DNA from: Bigelowiella natans CCMP2755
Lineage: Eukaryota; Protista; Cercozoa
Assembly: GCA_000320545.1 (NCBI GenBank)
Contig: ADNK01000541.1
Coordinates: forward strand, 1-32,146
DNA: 32,146 nucleotides
Direction of reading: 5' to 3'
The position numbers and the translations under genes are program-made. Positions 23,266-32,146 of this stretch are shown in pieces. Positions within the stretch are counted from its first letter, which is position 1. The number at the start of each line of letters is the position of its first letter. Below the pieces are notes generated by a model. It did not search any database, was not told the origin of the DNA, and worked only from the letters and a program-made list of their open reading frames with translations.

Positions 23266-24343
23266 TCTCTCTCCCTTTCTCTCCCACCTGCAATCCAATA
23301 TATGCGGAATTTCCTCAAAAAAAGTCATGTCATAATCTTCATTTTTACTGACGTGCAAACTGCGTCTCTTCGTGCTATTCGTGGTTCGGGTGTTGTGTCT
23401 GTGCGTGTGTGTGTGTGTGTGCATTCAGTTGTACACAAGTACCCCTGCTCTACGAAAACTCCAGACAAACGCAGGGCTTCAAGCTCAGTGCGTACATTAC
23501 GTGTCGAATGGGACTGTGAGAAAGGCTCCTGATGATGATGATGCTGCTGCTGCTGCTGCCAAAGAAGACACTGCCCGAATACTCGGAAAAGTTGATGGTG
23601 ATGACGATGCTAAAGATAATTGGAGGGTTGATGAGCATGGCGACGATGATTTAAAGAAGAGGAGGCGTGATGGCGGTAGCAAGAAGCAGCAGAAAGAGCA
23701 GAAACAGCAGGTCGCTTCATCCGGTGTTCTATCGCCATACGGAAATATAAAATATGAAGAGCGGGAAGTGCTGCTGAGCTCAAGCAATGTCATCACGCCG
23801 ACCATTTCGGGTATATTCAGATTGTATGCGCGTTTACACCAAGGTATGGCCCACAATCCGCACCTACTCCTCGTGTGCGCGAAATTGATGGTCCTGCATT
23901 AATCTTCAGGAGAACCCATAGGAAAGTTTTGCAAAGAATACAACCCGTTTGCCTCGGGAGTGGTTAGCAATATGCCTACTTTTGAAGTTTGATGTGATTG
24001 ATTTTAAGGCCATGATCGACAGGACGTGCGAAGGCTGGTAGTATTCGGACAAATACATGGATTTGTTCGGAGAGTTAGGCGCTATCCTCTGCTCATCAAA
24101 TCCAATCCCAAAAAGTGTGTGATGCCTGCATCTAGACATGCGTTGTCCCCTTGGTTGGGAGAGACGCGTGGAAGATGGCGACTAATTATTTGCGTATGTG
24201 CACCCAGGACTTTGACGACTCTTGATCGAATGTTCAACGGAACACGATCATTCGATGAGATTAGTGTCGCTCTCCAAGTCAGCTTCCAGACCATCATATC
24301 GAGAGTTCGTTCTCATGAGGAGTGCGTAATATTGTTAAGATAA
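21405..24343 (+). CDS. NPRL2: GATOR1 subunit NPRL2 / nitrogen permease regulator 2 (many small exons)
   Basis: Exon peptides in order: MLRGIFYAEFDNTVGPKITFQAPDG, FEQISGYVITGPKL, YPIRIENSKYYRNALIFNIGFVFD, KLASTIETLE, WDLTLQQ, VIPFIDG, YVRRIAEDAQVD, YYGYIKMLDIFQFSN, DVRRLVVFGQIHGFVRRVRRYP, FNGTRSFDEIS; TAA at 24341-24343. Internal boundaries approximate. Confidence 0.92.
21662..21752. repeat. Intronic compound microsatellite (TA)n + (CT)n, representative of many intronic SSRs
   Basis: Directly visible. Others: (GA)n ~209-244 and ~1430-1471, (CTA)n ~785-870, (GAT)n ~1794-1837, (TTC)n ~23092-23128, (CT)n ~23228-23283, (GAA)n ~25592-25662, (GAT)n ~27959-28012. Confidence 0.9.
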
Positions 24344-25148
24344 CGCTGGCACAGAGGCAATGCTTCTTGTGTTTTGTCTGTGCCAAATGTGTCACGATGC
24401 ACAAACCGCACGCACTCCATCGTATAACCGTCACACCTAGTAGCTATGAAACAGCTGGTTACTGGCCTTAACACTGCAATGCCCGATTCATTATTAAGCC
24501 TGATGATGTAACCCATTGCAGTATTTCTGTTTTGACTTGCATTAATTTGCCTAATTAGCAAGGCGGACATCGCAGCGTGTTTGTCTCAGTAGCTCATCTA
24601 GACGCTTTGCATTTTGCATGTGCAGCTGCCGGCCAATAAACTCAACATTTTAGTGCAAGAGCAAATGTAATTTGCATGGTAGACTCCATGTGCACATGCC
24701 GGTGAATCTGTTTTGCATATCACTTCTATGGCATGGGCTCGCATGCGCATGCTAGCATGCTGCAGAAAGAAACCTACTAGCCTAGGGCACAGACTAGCTG
24801 TAAACTGAAAATGTTGGCTCGCGCACAAATGGCGCATCATCTAGCTCATCTAAATTTCATTCAAGTGCGCACGCAGCTGCTGGCGGTAGGAAACGATGAC
24901 GTTTGAAGAAGCAATCAATTCGCATGAGACATGCATGTGTGGACATTGGCATCTGCACATTTCGATGAAACAAAATCAGAATGATTGAAGATCCACCAGG
25001 CAGGGTCTCATAACTTCGGTATGCAAAACATCGAATAAATAGATTGCAATGAAGTGAAATTTTCGGTGAAATTCCCCTACATGAGACATAACCTACGATA
25101 TTCTCATAGGCGTCTGTCTACCGCATGTTGTTCCAATTCTGGTCAGAG

Positions 25149-29409
<4,261 letters not shown>

Positions 29410-30454
29410 CGCGTTGCTTCCAATTCTCTTCCAAGTTCTTTCTGCGTACGAGACGTCAAAAGTCAATTCTAAGGCCTTAGCAGTCAAGGGCTCCTTAATT
29501 GTGTACTATCCGTCTAATCATCGATCGGCTCGCGTTTTGTGCAGAATGTGGAAGCGGATAACAAGCTCCTTGCTCGCACATCATCATCACTTACCTATCA
29601 CCGAGCAACCTGGTTTCTGCACGTGTTCGCGGTCACTCAATCGCGATCATCGGCCAACCAGAACAAATTACACCGTCTGAATGTTAGGTTACGACAACAC
29701 TCAAAAGCATAGTTTACACCGAATTGCCTTGTATTTCTTTCTTTTTCTTTCTTCCGCGGGATAAGTGTTGAGATTTTGGGCTGAATATTTCTCTTTTTTT
29801 CCCGCGCAAGTTGAGGACAGGGGTTTAAAACAAAGGGAAAAAGAGGGAAGGCAACTGTGCCCTGTGTTTCATGATTGCGACATCCTTATCAGGATTCTAG
29901 ATGACACAGATGGACAGGATGACAGGCGTGCAGGACGTTTGTTTTGACACTCGCACTGCTGGACGTGCTGGCGTGCGTGTGTGAAAGTGGGAACACCCGC
30001 GCAGTGCACGACCACCATCTGCCATGTTCGTGCGGAAATCTTGAATGAATGAGCAAAACAATGAGTTCATTCCGTTGGTGGCAGTGGCAGAGCGGTTGAA
30101 AGGTTCAAAGACAACAGCCAGACTGTAGCGCGTACCACTACGCGGGCACAAGTCACGTGCGACAACAAAGGGGTTGTCGCGGATATAGAATATAGATAAC
30201 GTAGATATTAATACAGCATAGGCACGTGGGTTCCGGCGGGACTCATGGCAGCACACCGGAAGTGTGCTGCCCCACGTGCGGCGGCATTCGCGAAAGCTTC
30301 GCGAATGATTACGCAGTGCACGATTTAATAAAAATATAATCTTTAATAAAAATAAACACAACTCTTCAAAAGGAAGCAAACGTGCCTTTCCCCCCCCCTG
30401 CCTACTTGTGCACGTAGCGCCTCGGCCTGTGAACACCTTACGCGCAACAACCTT

Positions 30455-30472
30455 TGGCTTCCACACACGGGA
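30455..30472 (+). promoter_or_regulatory. Primer binding site (tRNA 3'-end complement)
   Basis: TGGCTTCCACACACGGGA lies 5 nt after the LTR-terminal CA. Its reverse complement (TCCCGTGTGTGGAAGCCA) fits tRNA positions 59-76 with discriminator G; isoacceptor not determined. Confidence 0.7.
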
Positions 30473-30488
30473 AACGATTTGACTAACA

Positions 30489-32146
30489 ATGTCACAGCAG
30501 CTAGAAGAACAGCAGGACTTTGGCTCGCAGGCCGTGCAAGGGCACGAGCAGAAACAGGAAAGGAAGGGCGATACGGACGCTAAGGAAGGAGGAGGAACAC
30601 CTCCACAGGCACCGCCGGGACCAGCACCCGGGATTAAGAAAGCAGATGCAGCAGCAGAGGCACTGGAGAACTTCTACGAGGCGGACGACGAGGACGTGGC
30701 CGCCGAAAGCAAGAAGGTCGTAATGGCATTACGAGCCTTGCGACCCAGGGCGAGCAACTACGCCAAACTGAAAGTATCGATAGAATACAAGTATCAGACA
30801 CATGATGTTTGGGCAGCTATCATGCAGGACATCATGGATTACGAAGCAGACTTACCTCCAGAGTGGGCAGCTTTGTTTAGGAACGACGGGGGTCTGGGCG
30901 CCTCGCGGGGGACGACCCAGAGCACCGTCAAGCAGCAGCAGCCGGTACAGCGGAACACCCAGTTCATGTCTGTTAAAACAGCACCGGTTATGATAACGAA
31001 ATACAACGGGAAAAGAGGTGAGGCAAGGAGGTGGTGGAAGAACGCTAGGAGTATACTCTGCGACTTTACCCCTAACCCCACCGAAAACGACAAGCTCAAA
31101 TGGCTAGCTATAATAAAGCAAGCCATGGACCTTTACGAGACAGGCAGGACCCGGATCAGGCAGCTAGAGAAAATACACACTACAGTTAGTGGGCTACGAG
31201 ACGTTGAGGCGATAATGAAGGCTTTTGTAAATGAACAGGATGCTAACTCCCTACCCCAGGCTATTAGAAAATACAGAGCAATGATGCAGCATGAGAGAGA
31301 ACCTGTTAGAGACTTTGCCACGCGCTTCCAGGATATGATCGACGAACTACATGATTTTAATTACAACACAGGTGATGATCAGGCAAGGTTTGAAGAGTTC
31401 AAGTTAAAGATAAAGGAATCCACTTACGTTACGGAGAAAGGCTACACCACGATGGAGGCAGCAGTGCAGGCTATATCCCTACGCGAGCAGGAGCAGGACC
31501 GCAAGTTTACCAGCCCTAAGGTACCTGGCATAGGAAACATTAACGCTATTAAGCCGCAGCGAGACTGGTACAAGGACAGGGAAGGTAACCGACGTTGCGG
31601 ATACTGCTCACGTAAAGGGAAACACACCGCTAAAGACTGCAGAGACAGGAAAGAAGGACGACCCAGGATGACGATCAGGCAGCTCAACGAACACTACGAG
31701 AAGTTAAAGAGAAAGAAAGGCAGAGGACAAGGATATAACAACAGCAAATGGCAAGGCAGCAACAACGGGAAGAACAATAAATATAAGAACAAAAAGCAGA
31801 ACAGTATCAATGCTATACAGCAGCAGATAAACGGAATATTAGATCACCTTAAGCAGGCGCCGACGAAGACAGCAGTACCAGCAACGCAGGACCAAGACAA
31901 GCCCATGACCCTAGACGACATAAAGAACTTAGGAGTATGCAACATTAATGACGAAGACGCTAACAGGACTATCAAAGTTGCTATGACCAAGGTTAAAGTT
32001 AAAGACAGCTACGGAGACTACAAGAAACTACCTGCCCTTTGGGATAGTGGCAGCATGCCGAAGTCCTTCATAAGCCTAAGCACAGTAAGAAGGTTAGGAC
32101 TATTGGATCAAGTGACTAAGAAAGAACGTAAATATGCTCAAGCAGA
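30489..32146 (+). CDS. Gag-protease polyprotein (3'-truncated; not in ORF track because no stop)
   Basis: MSQQLEEQQ...KYNGKRGEARRWW...QHEREPVRDFATRF (gag); zinc knuckle CGYCSRKGKHTAKDC at 31596-31640; aspartic protease ALWDSGSMPKSFIS (Asp codon at 32043). All in one frame. Confidence 0.9.
   Translation, partial: MSQQLEEQQDFGSQAVQGHEQKQERKGDTDAKEGGGTPPQAPPGPAPGIKKADAAAEALENFYEADDEDVAAESKKVVMALRALRPRASNYAKLKVSIEYKYQTHDVWAAIMQDIMDYEADLPPEWAALFRNDGGLGASRGTTQSTVKQQQPVQRNTQFMSVKTAPVMITKYNGKRGEARRWWKNARSILCDFTPNPTENDKLKWLAIIKQAMDLYETGRTRIRQLEKIHTTVSGLRDVEAIMKAFVNEQDANSLPQAIRKYRAMMQHEREPVRDFATRFQDMIDELHDFNYNTGDDQARFEEFKLKIKESTYVTEKGYTTMEAAVQAISLREQEQDRKFTSPKVPGIGNINAIKPQRDWYKDREGNRRCGYCSRKGKHTAKDCRDRKEGRPRMTIRQLNEHYEKLKRKKGRGQGYNNSKWQGSNNGKNNKYKNKKQNSINAIQQQINGILDHLKQAPTKTAVPATQDQDKPMTLDDIKNLGVCNINDEDANRTIKVAMTKVKVKDSYGDYKKLPALWDSGSMPKSFISLSTVRRLGLLDQVTKKERKYAQA

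Larger units (their letters stand above)
30175..32146 (+). mobile_element. LTR retrotransposon, Ty3/gypsy-like, 5' portion (truncated by window end)
   Basis: Putative LTR ends ...CGCAACA at 30449 and contains AATAAA signals (~30326-30356). Its start is uncertain: TGTCGCG at 30175 or TGTTGAG at 29766. PBS follows, then an intronless A-rich gag-protease ORF. Confidence 0.8.

Overview
Gene-dense, intron-rich eukaryotic nuclear DNA with microsatellite-filled GT-AG introns. A signal-peptide plus transit-peptide leader suggests an alga with a secondary plastid, possibly chlorarachniophyte-like (inference). Eight host genes alternate strictly in strand, followed by a retroelement. (1) 3' part of a helical protein ending in a PTS1-like SKI that resembles the peroxin Pex8 (+). 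(2) Serine O-acetyltransferase with a putative plastid-targeting leader (-). (3) ~2314-aa polycystin-1-like REJ/GPS membrane protein with a PDZ domain in place of the channel domain (+). (4) A 100-aa CxxU selenoprotein absent from the ORF track, with an in-frame TGA and a well-formed type II SECIS in its 3' UTR (-). (5) Gamma-tubulin complex component 2 with an inserted beta-trefoil-like domain (+). (6) MLKL/HeLo-like helical domain + coiled coil + near-identical Kelch repeats, split by a single in-frame TGA (-). (7) NPRL2 (+). (8) CTP synthase (-). (9) 5' part of a Ty3/gypsy-like LTR retrotransposon (LTR, PBS, gag-protease), open to the window end (+). Exon structures were assembled by eye and family calls rest on recalled motifs, not database searches.
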